From: Eledone cirrhosa
Taxonomy: Eukaryota
Reading direction: 5' to 3'
Assembly: GCA_964016885.1 (NCBI GenBank)
Contig: OZ024751.1
Span: forward strand, 47,368,001 to 47,432,000
DNA: 64,000 bases
Translations under genes and position numbers: made by a program
Notes under the pieces: model-generated
The model's input: only the letters and a program-made list of their open reading frames with translations
What the model was told of the DNA's origin: nothing
Database searches by the model: none
In this document: positions 29,218 through 41,789 of the stretch, in pieces
Layout of the letters: every line of letters begins with the position of its first letter
How positions within the stretch are numbered: position 1 is the stretch's first letter

Positions 29218-29428
29218 AGACCGTCCATCTCAACTCTACTTTTGAAAATCAGAAGAACTGCGAAACCGGTAAAGGAACCAAATAAATATATATATTTAAA
29301 AAAAAAATAAGACTCCAGTTGCATTTTCGATTTCATCTTTTTTTCTTTATACTTTCACTCGTGTAGGACACCTCGGTTATTTTTCATTTTGTTAAAAAAA
29401 ACATCACTTTCTAATATATATATATATA

Positions 29429-29652
29429 TATACATAAAGTCATAGATATATATGTTTTGCAACCGGTCACGTTGTGGCTCAATGAAGAATTAATAAATTA
29501 AATAATCAGAGCAATATATCAATATATCATAATATATTATGATATTTAATATATTATGATTATAATATATTATGATTATTTAATTTATTAATTCTTCATT
29601 GAGCCACAACGTGACCGGTTGCAAAACATATATATCTATGACTTTATGTATA
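29429..29652. repeat. 80-bp-arm inverted repeat
   Basis: 29429-29508 is the reverse complement of 29573-29652, with an AT-rich spacer. Confidence 0.9.
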
Positions 29653-29659
29653 TGTAAAC

Positions 29660-29697
<38 letters not shown>

Positions 29698-29821
29698 ATA
29701 ATAATAAATTTGAAGACTAAAATCCAAAGAGGGCTCGATATATTTCAGTTTCAGAAGATCCCGTTAAGGATGAAAGCAGCGATTCTTTGCTTTAACTTTA
29801 ATCTGTTATTTTAATAAATAA

Positions 29822-29879
<58 letters not shown>

Positions 29880-30055
29880 TAATAAATGAACAGAGAACAA
29901 AAAACAGAGAGGCAGTACAAATGATATGGTTTTAGTTTCATGCTTGAGAGTAGGGGGCGGGGGACGACGTTTCGGCCATAAGCCCTTCATCAGGAGAACA
30001 GTGGGTAGGAAGAGAGTTCCGAGGGTGTGTGTGGGAGTGGAGGAGAGACATTTAA
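29880..30055 (-). mobile_element. PLE pLTR remnant with an HHR core
   Basis: CUGAUGA-AGGGCUUAUGGCC-GAAA-CG-UC at 29963-29993; stem I pairing is poor. Confidence 0.6.
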
Positions 30056-30095
<40 letters not shown>

Positions 30096-30125
30096 GTATA
30101 TATACACACACACACACATATATAT

Positions 30126-30205
30126 AAAGGTCTCTCAATAGTTACTTTCTATTATGAATAGCAATAAGTGCACCAAAATATATAGTAACTTTGAAGACAC
30201 CTTTT
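30126..30205. mobile_element. Tiny Tc1/mariner-like MITE
   Basis: AAAGGTCTCTCAATAGTTACT ... AGTAACTTTGAAGACACCTTT, flanked by TA. Confidence 0.5.
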
Positions 30206-30208
30206 ATA

Positions 30209-30259
<51 letters not shown>

Positions 30260-30418
30260 CATATATATTTATATATATATATATATATATATAGAAGTTA
30301 TATTTAATTTGTTGGGATACAACAAGCAAATATTTAACTGATATAAAGCACTCAACAAATTATTGGAGTAAAAATACAATATATTAACAAATGGAAACTA
30401 TATTTATAAAACCATATT

Positions 30419-30483
30419 TATTTCATTATACATATTTCAAGGACACCAAAGCAAATTATGGTGCGCTTTCATCAGATAAAATA
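30419..30483 (-). ncRNA. Hammerhead ribozyme, family A
   Basis: UAUUUUAU-CUGAUGA-AAGCGCACCA...UGGUGUCCUU-GAAA uaugua UA-AUGAAAUA. Confidence 0.8.
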
Positions 30484-30611
30484 TAATATAGATCAGTTTT
30501 ATAAACAAATATTGACATACTCTGAAAAGAATGCTTCCGGGAGCTTCCAGCCGACATGGTCGCATTCTTTAACGGTATGTCAATATTTGTTTATAAAACT
30601 GATCTATATTA

Positions 30612-30676
30612 TATTTTATCTGATGAAAGCGCACCATAATTTGCTTTGGTCTCCTTGAAATATGTATAATGAAATA
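30612..30676 (+). ncRNA. Hammerhead ribozyme, family A
   Basis: CTGATGA at 30620-30626, GAAA at 30657-30660, stem I TATTTTAT/ATGAAATA. Confidence 0.8.
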
Positions 30677-31064
30677 AATATGGTTTTATAAATATAGTTT
30701 CCATTTGTTAATATATTGTATATATTGTATGTATTTCGCCGTAATTTTGACTGAATAAAATAATCTAATAATAACGGGGGTGTATAAATCCATTGAACAG
30801 AAAAAAGATGGACATCACCACACATACACACAGCTGGCAGACATTGAATGGTCCAGACATGTTACACGTGTGTTCAGTCTGTGTTAGAATTTTGCTTGTA
30901 AAACTGAATTATTTCTGGCTCATATCGAAAGCTGTTGTTCAGTTGACTAACGATAACTGAAGTGACTTCAGTTATCTGAAGACAGTCGGAAACTATTTCT
31001 GTTTATTCTTCACCAATATGTACGGTTGACTAGCATCAACTATCAGACACATTTAGGTATGAGG

Positions 31065-31143
<79 letters not shown>

Positions 31144-31349
31144 CACACACACACACACACATATATATGCGTGTGTGTTTGTATATATATATATATATAA
31201 CCACATATATATATATAACCACAAAGCATGAATTGTCGCTATAATGTTGTGTGTGTATATATATATATATATATATACACAACATTATAGTGACAATTCA
31301 TGCTTTGTGGTTTCCTGGCTCGATAGCAAAACCCCACTTTGAGAAATAA

Positions 31350-31568
31350 TAATGTTTTCTGATTTAAACACAAGGCCAATAATTTTGGGGGACAGGTAAC
31401 TCGATTAAATCGACCCCAGTACCTTACTGGTACTTTATTTTATTGACCCCGTAAGGATGAAAGGCAAAGTTAACCTCGGCGGGATTTGAACTCAGAATGA
31501 CAAGGGCCGTAATTCTATGCGTCAAAGCATGGTGTCCGACCCTCTACTGATACTGCCAATCCACCGCC
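31350..31568 (-). mobile_element. SINE family 1, long variant
   Basis: Contains the extra GGGGTCGATTTAATCGA...CCCCAAAATT segment absent from short copies. Confidence 0.9.
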
Positions 31569-31656
31569 CCTTTATATTATATTATATTATATTATATTTT
31601 ATAATAATAGAATGATAAAAAGAGTGGGCATAATAATGTATATGAAAGGTTTTTAC

Positions 31657-31775
31657 CTGTTGTTGAGGTTACACTTTTGTGACCATGGTAGAACTGTGAA
31701 ACGATTCAGTTCGAGAAGATTCCATTCCCATGTATAAACTCCGTTTTTGCCGACAGTGAAACAAACTCCTCACAC
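31657..31775 (-). other. Candidate 119-nt internal exon
   Basis: Strong acceptor TTTTTACTTCTTCTTTTTCAG|G and donor CAG|GTAAAA in non-repetitive sequence; each frame contains one stop. Confidence 0.55.
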
Positions 31776-31852
31776 CTGAAAAAGAAGAAGTAAAAATTAA
31801 ATTCATAACTGAACTTAATAATTTTCTGATATCAGCTCGAATCATATGTGTG

Positions 31853-31910
<58 letters not shown>

Positions 31911-32072
31911 CGTGTATGAGTGTTGGAAGGGGGTATGTGTTTGGCTGCCCGACCTCTGCCTGTCTCTCTTTCTCTATGAAATAATCAACTACAAAACACG
32001 TTACTTCACAAGTTAGATATTCATTGCAGAAACCGACGGGGATTCATTATCATTATTTACACACACACACAC

Positions 32073-32202
<130 letters not shown>

Positions 32203-32235
32203 ACACGCACGCACGCACGCACGCACACACGCACG

Positions 32236-32298
<63 letters not shown>

Positions 32299-32301
32299 CT
32301 A

Positions 32302-32338
<37 letters not shown>

Positions 32339-32830
32339 GTATATCATTTATGTTTTCCTTATAAGTGTACATGTACGATGTGCAAAGTAGAAGCCAGAAG
32401 CCAGAAGCCAGAAGTCTGAAGCGATAAAATATGAGACTAATATGACCGACAAATTGTAGTTTGGCGTCTGAATGTCAAAAGATGGACGTGACATGTATGT
32501 CCAGGATGTATGAACCAATTAAATATATCTAGATTCTATAGAATATATACTGATGTCGACTCAATCATCTACTAATCATAGAAGAAAAAATAATAAAATA
32601 AAAATAAAAATTGGTTCTGAAAAGAAATCCATTATATTTTCTTCTGTTGAAGATTTCCTATGTGATTTTGATATGAAGAATTTCGGTGCGATTGAATTGT
32701 TGACAGAGTATCTCTGTTCCGTCCTTATTATTCTGGAATTGTCGATAGTAACCGATCCTTTAGCGCGATCTCTTTCGTATATGTTGTTTTCCGTTCATTC
32801 GCTTTCCCCTCCCTCCTCTCTCTCTATATA

Positions 32831-32935
<105 letters not shown>

Positions 32936-33039
32936 ATATATATACATACATAAAAACACACTGACACACACACACGTATATATATATACATACATATATA
33001 TATATTTATATATACATACATGTATGCATATATATGCAT

Positions 33040-33103
<64 letters not shown>

Positions 33104-33134
33104 ATATACGTATATGCATGCATATACATACACA

Positions 33135-33181
<47 letters not shown>

Positions 33182-33828
33182 ACTATCTCTTTTTCTCTAT
33201 CCATTCACATCTATTCATTGCCATATATCATACCAATCAAGTATTATTTCCGTTATATACGTCACTCATACTCCTCCGCCCCCACCTTTATATTCTCTGC
33301 CAATTTTCATTTTGATTCATTTTCTGTTTCTTTCTATCTGCAATTATAGTTTGTATCAATTTATCATTCTGGTTCCTTAAGTTATTTTTCCTTGAAACAT
33401 CTCTCACAAATGTTTAGGCAGCCTAACAAGTATTTTGTTCTTCGCAATATGGATACAGAGAATCGTTAGAGCATCGGAGAAAATAAATTGCGTTAGTATT
33501 ACATTATATTCCTTAATGTTCTCAGTTTCTATTTATTCGAGGTCAACCTTGTCTTTTTCTCTCTCTATATATATATTTATATTTGCGTATAATATCAATA
33601 TGCACATTACACATGCTAGCAGAAAAACCACACAAGCGGTGGTTTTTCTGCTAGTATTCCTGAATGTTCTGAGTTTTTATTTATTCGAGGTCAACCTTGT
33701 CTTTTACTGTTCTGGGTTCATTAAATAAAATACCAGTTAATTCTCCATTTTTTTTAAATAGAACATTCATGGACCCTGGTCCGACACAGACCCCATAAAT
33801 CGCCTTCTGCTTTCGTGTAATACTACAT

Positions 33829-33997
33829 ATAATTGTTTCTACTTTTTGCACAAGGCCAGCAATTACCCAGTACATTACTGGTACTTTATTTTATCGACCC
33901 CGTAAGGATGAAAGGCAAAGTTAATCTCGACGGGATTTGAACTCAGACCATAAAGGGACGTAATTCTATGCTGGAAAGCATGGCGTCCAACCCTCTA
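33829..33997 (-). mobile_element. SINE family 1
   Basis: Consensus match. Confidence 0.9.
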
Positions 33998-34377
33998 CAA
34001 TGATCCTCACTCATACACGAATATCTCCCTTATCTTTAGTCCATCGCTATACTCAAACTTCACCCTGAAAGAAAAAAAATAATGGGTTGGTGTCTGCGCA
34101 TATGTAGATTCCACTCTCCTGCCCCTCACGTCTTGGATATAAGTAATAGAAACTATAAGTTACTCTGGTTAACTCAAAGTCCCCTTTTCTTTTCTGCCAC
34201 TCGTCTAAATCTCTGAACTACCAATAATTCTTCAATCATGTCTTTTTATATTTTAACACTTTCGTGACCATATTTCCAAGAAATGTCGAAAATAATCAAG
34301 AATTTCTACATATTTATATCTTTCTTATAATTAAGATAGCATTTGGAACATAACTTAAGTATTTATATTAATTACAT

Positions 34378-34476
<99 letters not shown>

Positions 34477-34498
34477 ATTAAATATATATATATATATA

Positions 34499-35068
34499 TT
34501 AGAATTGGAGCTCTGAAATAGCAATATATATATGGATGTATATATAATGTATTTTGCAATACACTTTATGCTTAATTAAAAGCATTTTGAAGACCGTATG
34601 CTATTGTTTTAGAGTAGTGACAAATTCACATTGATAAGCTTCAACAAAAGCGAAACAAGGCCCTTGTCGGCTTATCTCCCCTGTTTGCTGAGATTAAAGT
34701 AAGTGAATTTGAATAAAGAAAGTGTATTGCAAAATACATTATATATACATCCATATATATATTGCTATTTCAGAGCTCCAATTCTAATTTTTAATTTCTG
34801 CCTGACCAACAATCGCTCTGTATATTCAGCTCCTGATTATTTACTAGAATTCTATAAGAATATAACATCAGTAATCTCAGTAGACAGGAGGGGTAGTTAG
34901 CCTTGATAAGCTTCAACAAAAGCGAAACAAGGCCCTTGTCGGCTTATCACCCCTGTTTGCTGAGATTAAAGTAAGTGAATTTGTTACTACTCTAAAACAA
35001 TAGCATACGGTCTTCAAAATGCTTTTAATTAAGCATAAAGTGTATTGCAAAATACATTATATATACAT

Positions 35069-35072
<4 letters not shown>
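34499..35072. mobile_element. Family D element: direct and inverted pLTR-like repeats
   Basis: 34631-34711 is repeated at 34903-34982; 34499-34629 is inverted at 34720-34787 and 34975-35072; (TA)n on both flanks. Confidence 0.85.
34872..34968 (+). ncRNA. Complete type I hammerhead ribozyme with a U3-A8 core variant
   Basis: AGCC-UUGAUAA-GCUU caacaa AAGC-GAAACAAG gcc CUUGUC-GGCU; distal stem I UAAUCUCAGUAGACAGG/CCUGUUUGCUGAGAUUA; predicted cleavage after GUC at 34940. Confidence 0.88.
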
Positions 35073-35131
<59 letters not shown>

Positions 35132-35450
35132 GATAAATCTACCAAGAGTTTCCGGTAGTGTCCAATCCGTATGAAGAACTCAATGTAATCCGGATATCAT
35201 GGAAAGAAGAGATGCATTCAAAAATCACTTTCGGTGAAAGATAAACGGAATACAGAGTCAAGATAAAATATTAAAAAAATAATGAATAAAACAATGAAAC
35301 AGTTCCTTATATTAAACAAAAAAAGTTCATTATTTAACGATCGTTTCTAGGACATATATGTGTTAGAATTGGCATGCATATTCAACAGATCTATGTACAA
35401 AATTATATCATAAGGAGTAAGAAGTCATCCTTAGAAGGTATTGGTATGTT

Positions 35451-35488
<38 letters not shown>

Positions 35489-35490
<2 letters not shown>

Positions 35491-35685
35491 CGAGTAGGAC
35501 CCCGACGGCTGAGCTCAAGTCGTTTCGACGGCTAATTCTGGACTAATTAGTCCAGAATTAGCCGTCGAAACGGCTTGAGCTCAGCCGTCGGGGTCCTACT
35601 CGTTCCTATTACCCACTCTACTACCCTAAGTATTGAGTACTTTGGTGCGTTATGGTCCATCTGGTTCCTTACCACATTTCCTTCG

Positions 35686-35690
<5 letters not shown>
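35489..35690. repeat. Family C fold-back element
   Basis: Loop-less palindrome centred on CTGGACTAATTAGTCCAG (about 35546), then the family tail. Confidence 0.85.
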
Positions 35691-35730
<40 letters not shown>

Positions 35731-35824
35731 TGTATATGTATATATATATATATATGCATGTATATATGTGTGTGTGTGTATATATATATATGTATTCTTA
35801 TATATTTTGTGGGTGTATTTATTT

Positions 35825-35914
<90 letters not shown>

Positions 35915-36479
35915 GTATATGTGTGTGTATAGTAACAGAGAGAAAATGATAATGACGATGATATATATGTGTATGAGCTTGTGAGAATGTACGTATGTGT
36001 GTGTATATATATATATATATTCTCTTTTACTCTTTTACCTGTTTCAGCCATCCGGCTGAGGCCATGCTGGGGCACCGCATAAACAAATAATAATAACAAC
36101 AACAACAACGACAACAATAATAATAATATATAAAATCAATTATCGAAATGTTCAAATGGACCACCGAATAACATATATATTATTATTTATCAACATTCCC
36201 AAAAACGTGGTTTGCAATTTAACACATTACATAAATAGTTATTTTATTTCTTACTTTTATTTTTCTTTGCGTTTTCCAAGAAATCTTGAGAAATCTGGTT
36301 TTTGTGAGACGGTTAAGGAGCGGGAACTCTTCTATAAAAGCCATTCTATTGGGAAATAATGTCCCCGAAGCTAAATTGCTTGTAAGTTACATTATTTGAA
36401 CACCCCATGAGCCCTCATATCATTCGGTAAAGTAAGAGCTTTACGTGTTTAATGGAGATTTCATTCCTTCGTGTGCCAG

Positions 36480-36574
36480 ATGGAAGGACTGGAACGACTG
36501 GAAAAACGAAGAACGACTAAGGAAACGATTTAACGCAGGCTTGTGCAAAGCTGGTATTACTCCCGGGGCTAGAG
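36480..36574 (+). other. Possible 95-nt plus-strand exon
   Basis: TTCATTCCTTCGTGTGCCAG| ... GAG|GTAATA; open frame WKDWNDWKNEERLRKRFNAGLCKAGITPGAR; no partner exon found. Confidence 0.25.
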
Positions 36575-36618
36575 GTAATATATAGCCATCTCATTTCAAA
36601 TTGCTCTTTAAGCATTTA

Positions 36619-36810
36619 AATAATTGTTTCTACTTTTGGCACAAGGCCAGCAATTACCCAGTGTATTACTGGCACTTTATTTTATCGACCCCGTAAGGAT
36701 GAAAGGCAAAGTTAACCTCGGCGGGATTTGAACTCAGAATGCCAAGGGACGTAACTCTATGCGTCAAAGCATGGCGTCCGACCCTCTACCGATACTGCCA
36801 ATCCACCACC
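36619..36810 (-). mobile_element. SINE family 1
   Basis: Consensus match. Confidence 0.9.
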
Positions 36811-37019
36811 CTTTAAGCATTTTAATAATCAGTGCTAAATACATATTATTTATGTATAGGTTTACAGGCATACAATGGGTGAGGCAAAGCCGAATACTTG
36901 GGAAAATTTCTACTCAATCATAAGCTCCGAGTTCGAACCCACTGCTTGTCATCTTGGGCGATTTTCTCTCAAATTTTTCATCAACATGCATCCTATATGC
37001 TGTTGTTGAACATGTGTTG

Positions 37020-37222
37020 TTTCCGACAACGAGCGCTCTATTAACGGGGCTGCCTGCTCGTGAAATTAACGCGTAAATAGCTGAGCATCTCAGAGATACG
37101 AGCACACTTAACGTAGTTCTCAGGAAGATTCAGCATGACACAATGTATTACCAGACCAGACCCTTGAATTACAGGTAAACTCATTTTTGTCAGCTAAATA
37201 GATTGAGGCAATGTGAAATAAA
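37020..37222 (-). mobile_element. SINE body (family 3)
   Basis: Reverse complement TTTATTTCACATTG...CCTGTAATTCAAGGG...GAGAACTACGTTAAG...AATTTCACGAGCAGGC; homologous to 54903-55085. Confidence 0.75.
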
Positions 37223-37500
37223 GCCTGAATTCAGATTGCAGTGATCCCAATTTAAAGCGTAGAAAGCCTGATTTTACAGCGCAGAGGGTCGTATTTTAAA
37301 GTACAGAGAGCTGGATTTTAAAGCACAGCTAGCCGGATTTTAAAGCGCAGATAGCCTGATTTTAAAATGCAGAAACCTGATTTTAAAATGCAGAGAGCCA
37401 GATTTTAGAGCGTAAAGTGCTGGATTTTAAAGCGAAGTCGGCTGCATCTTAAAGCCCAGAAAGCGGTGCTTTAGAGCGCAGAAAGCCAGATTTTATGGCA
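37222..37500. repeat. Degenerate 22-bp minisatellite (~13 units)
   Basis: GCCNGATTTTAAAGCGCAGANA starting at 37266, 37288, 37310, 37332, 37354 and onward. Confidence 0.85.
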
Positions 37501-38014
37501 AAGATAAGGATTAAATGTTGGTAATAAATAAATATGCTGTGATATTTATTTCTCCTGGGATTTATAAACACTTCCTTGTCATTTTGGTCAACTGAAATGC
37601 CTTGAACAATAATTGGTTGGCTGGGAACCCATAACCAAATACATGCTACGAACATGCATGATATTATAAGTAAAGGCACTCGCTCACACACATACACATA
37701 TGCATATACCTACACATAAACTCACACAAATATATACGCAATCATACTCATGAAGCAGAAACATACATAACATACCTACACAATCCAAAATACGAAGATG
37801 GACAGATAATGTACAGGCTCATACACATACGCATACACTGACACACACACATACATACACCCACTTTTATGTTACCTACTTAAATATCTTATCTATATTC
37901 TTTATAGATCACCCGCTGCTGTCACAAACAGCTACAAACCGCGATCTGCTTCCTAGAAACTTATGTTCAAAGGACCATACTTAATTAGTTCGTTACATTA
38001 AACAGATTACTCAC

Positions 38015-38124
38015 CCGAAATAATTATACAAAAGCAGTATAACAAATAAGATTTGAAAAAATAAATGACATAAAGCGACTTGGTCCAAAGAAACACAAAA
38101 TGTCTTCAGATTTCTGATTGCCAT
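38015..38124 (-). CDS. Candidate first coding exon (signal or membrane-anchor-like)
   Basis: AAAATGGC start context, open frame MAIRNLKTFCVSLDQVALCHLFFQILFVILLLYNYFG, consensus donor CGG|GTGAGTA. Confidence 0.45.
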
Positions 38125-38320
38125 TTTAAGAGAGAGAACGATAAAAACAAGATGTCGACTGCATTATCAGCATTTCTGCTACTTGATCAGTTTAGCTGAC
38201 GTAATACAAAACTCGTAACGCCATTGGTTGGTTTAGTTCTAGTAATAATCGTGATGCCACATTACCCATCAGTGTTGTATCTGTCACGTATTACACACCA
38301 GAGTGGCATAATTGGTTACC
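38118..38320. promoter_or_regulatory. Candidate Pol II promoter
   Basis: Unique sequence with a YY1-like GCCATTTT (38120), CRE/ATF-like TGACGTAA (38197) and ATTGG/CCAAT motifs (38223, 38311), directly upstream of the candidate exon. Confidence 0.45.
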
Positions 38321-39107
38321 AGTTGGAGTTGGCAGGAAATGATTATTATACCTTCTACCTTTTAACGTAGTGTGGGCTTGCATAATTCCTGCTCTTATTT
38401 ATCCAACCCTTCTCTCTCTCTTTCTGACAATCTCTCTCCCTGACCCCCCCCCCCCCGGCCCTCTCTCCCGCTGACACACTCACCACCTCACTCTCTCTCT
38501 CTGACACTCTCTCGTCCCTCTCTCTCCATCTTTCTCTCACCTCTTCCGCTCTCCCTTCCCCTAACTCTCCCTCTATCTCTCCATCTCTCGCTCCCCCGCT
38601 TTCTATCTCAGTCTCCTTACATCCCTCTCTCTCTCTCCCCCCATCCCTCTCTCTCCTTTCATCTCTTTCTCCAGCTCTCTTTCCCTCTTTTTCTCATTCT
38701 CTCTTGAATCTTTCATTCTCTCTACTCTCTTCCCCCATCACTCTCCCACTCTCTCTTTTCCTAACTCTCCCCCTATCTCTCCCTCTATCTCTCCACCTCT
38801 CTCTTTTTCCCTCTTTCTACCTCAATCTCCCTCTATCTCTCCCTCTATCTCTCCACCTCTCTCTTTCTTCCTCTTTCTACCCCAATCTCCCTCTATCTCT
38901 CCATCGCTCTCTCCATCTCTTCCCCCTCTCTCTCTCCCCCTATCACTCTCTCCCTCTCTCTCTATATATATCTATATACTGTCACAGGTATAACAACCAT
39001 TGTATGACTCCGTTGGTTATAGGAAGAAACGATAAATATGTGTTACGAGGCAATTCATTGAAAAAGACACATACACAGACACACACACACACAGACACAC
39101 ATACATA

Positions 39108-39139
<32 letters not shown>

Positions 39140-39206
39140 GACACACACACATACACACACATACATTATTTAAAAGAAACATACACACACACGCACACAC
39201 AAATAC

Positions 39207-39283
39207 TGGGTCGTCAAGTATGAAATTTGTAGGAATTTGTTTTTGTTCTACAAATTTCTACAAATTTCATACTTGACGACCCA
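39207..39283. mobile_element. Small hairpin element (MITE-like)
   Basis: TGGGTCGTCAAGTATGAAATTTGTAG ... CTACAAATTTCATACTTGACGACCCA. Confidence 0.65.
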
Positions 39284-39333
39284 ACATATACATTATTTAA
39301 AAGAAACACACATACACACACACATATACATAT

Positions 39334-39450
39334 ACAGGGTATCCCCACCCCCACCCCCCAAAAAAATATATATACACTTTGATTACCTGCACAGACAATA
39401 TATACTAGAATGTTGTTTAAGTGTGTATACATTTTTTGGGGGACCCCCTT
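39334..39450. mobile_element. Tc1/mariner-like MITE
   Basis: TA-CAGGGTATCCCC..AAAAAATATATACAC ... GTGTATACATTTTTTGGGGGACCCCTT-TA. Confidence 0.6.
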
Positions 39451-39469
39451 TATATATATATATATACTT

Positions 39470-39601
39470 TCAGAACCGGCAAAGTCCCAGGCCGGAGATT
39501 TCTGGAAATTATCCATAGGCCCAAGATCAAAAGCCTTCTGGAAAAGACTAGCCAATTGGTTGTTACCGACACCCAAATACTCCCCGAGACCTTCGTCACT
39601 A
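39470..39601 (-). pseudogene. Diverged Tx1 ORF2 fragment
   Basis: GLGEYLGVGNNQLASLFQKAFDLGPMDNFQKSPAW aligns to ALGEALDMEEDELASLFGRTFSPGPMDNFQKSLAW. Confidence 0.8.
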
Positions 39602-39664
39602 GAGAAGAAGAAGAAGAAGAAGAAGAAGAAGAAGAAGAAGAAGAAGAAAATGAAGAAAATGAAT

Positions 39665-39858
39665 AATAATTGTTTCTATTTTGGGCACAAGGTCAGCAAT
39701 TATCCCAGTGCATTACTGGTACTTTATTTTATCGACCCCGTAAAGATGAAAGGCAAAGTTAACCTCGGCGGGATTTGAACTCAGAACATAAAGGGACGTA
39801 ACTCTATGCTGCAAAGCATGGTGTCTAGCGTTCTACCAATACTGCCAATCCACCGCCT
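39665..39858 (-). mobile_element. SINE family 1
   Basis: Consensus match. Confidence 0.9.
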
Positions 39859-40181
39859 TTTATAAAAGTGATAATAATACAAGAAAGAAGAAGATGAAAG
39901 AGAAACACAAGAAGAAGAAGAAGAAGAAGAGAAGGAGGAAAAGACGAAGAAACAAAGACGAGCAGCCGTAGCGACAAGGGCAGCAAGGACAATACTATAG
40001 AGCAAATGACATTGAATGTAATATATAGTGACATTAATAGGAGATAATGACAGCGAAGAAACCTGATTGTGACAACAGAAGGTAATAGGAAACGTGTTGA
40101 TTTTAGTGTTAGTTAAGAAACCCTATATCAAATTTATACGAAAATAAACTCCATGTTGGTAATTAGCTCTGTTTGATTATT

Positions 40182-40373
40182 GTGGATTGGCGCAGTATCG
40201 GTAGAGAGACGGACACCATGCTTTGAAGCATAGAGTTACGTCCCTTTATGATCTGAGTTCAAATCCCGTCGAGGTTAACTTTGCCTTTCATCCTTACGGG
40301 GTTGATAAAATAAAGTACCAGTAATGCACTGATTAATTGCTGGCCTTGTGCCAAAAAGTAGAAACAATTATTA
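40182..40373 (+). mobile_element. SINE family 1
   Basis: Consensus match. Confidence 0.9.
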
Positions 40374-40411
40374 TATTCAAACTTGGTGTGTATTATATTC
40401 AAACTTGGTGT

Positions 40412-40850
40412 GTATAATATATAATATATAATATATAATATATAATATACTATATTATATATATAATATATAATATACTATATTATATATATAATATATA
40501 ATATATAATATATAATATACTATATTATATATATAATATATAATATATAATATATAATATACTATATTATATATATAATATATAATATACTATATATAAT
40601 ATATAATATATAATATATAATATATAATATATAATATACTATATTATATATATAATATATAATATACTATATTATATATATAATATATAATACATAATAT
40701 ATAATATATAATATATAATATATAATATATAATATATAATATATAATATACTATATTATATATATAATATATAATACATAATATATAATATATAATACAT
40801 AATATATAATATATAATATATAATATATAATATATAATATATAATATACT
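40412..40850. repeat. Almost pure-AT (ATATAAT)n-type satellite
   Basis: Direct reading. Confidence 0.9.
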
Positions 40851-41279
40851 CATTTTTCACGTTAACATCAGAACTATAGACTTTTCTGTGGTAAATATCT
40901 ACAGCAGAAGTATTTACATCCCTCTCTCTCTTTCTCCCCCACTCTCTCTTTCTTTTTTATCCCTCTCTTTCCTCCCTCTCTTTCCTCCCTCTCTTTCCCT
41001 CTCTCTCATTCTCTCTCACACTTTTTTTCTCTCTCTCTCTCTCTTTTGCATTTCTGATGGGTATAGATGAGTTATATGACCACATATACACATGTTTCTA
41101 TATCTATGTATGTGTATGTGTGTTTGTGTGTATGTGCATGTGTTAGTGTGTGTGCGCGCGCGCGCGCACGCGCGTGTGTGTGTGTGTGCAGGTATGGATG
41201 TCATTGCATATATGGATGAACGAATGTATGTATGTATCTATCTATCTATCTAACTATCTATCTATATATATATATATAT

Positions 41280-41343
41280 TGTATGTAAACTCCCCCTTTG
41301 TATTTGTCCCTTCCTTTTATGCCTTTATGGTAAATAAAGAAAT
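41280..41343 (+). mobile_element. Extreme 3' end of the Tx1 family with an apparent TSD
   Basis: TGTAAACTCCCCC.TTGTA.TTGTCCC...AAATAAAGAAA matches the reverse complement of 6868-6930; CTATCTATCTATATATATATATAT occurs on both sides. Confidence 0.75.
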
Positions 41344-41378
41344 CTATCTATCTATATATATATATAAATATCAATAAA

Positions 41379-41451
<73 letters not shown>

Positions 41452-41590
41452 ATAATAATAAATTTGAAGACTAAAATCCAAAGAGAGCTCGATAAGGATA
41501 AATATATATCAAATATATAAGAACCGTAGAGCAAATGTTTATTACAATAACAGATTAAAGTTTAAGCAAAAACTTTAATCTGTTATTTTA

Positions 41591-41699
<109 letters not shown>

Positions 41700-41789
41700 T
41701 TTCAAATATATTTTATTTCCAGCAAAATTTATTTATAAAAAAAAACCCCATAAAATACTAAATTTCCCATCATGTCCACCCCCACTCCA

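Larger units (their letters stand above)
30294..30722. mobile_element. Family A fold-back element with two divergent HHRs
   Basis: 30375-30520 is the reverse complement of 30575-30720; an extra 3' tail lies at 30294-30375. Confidence 0.9.

Noticed and set aside
30970-31000. CTGAAGA-cagtcg-GAAA hammerhead-like core
   Set aside because: No stem I pairing and no second copy in the window.
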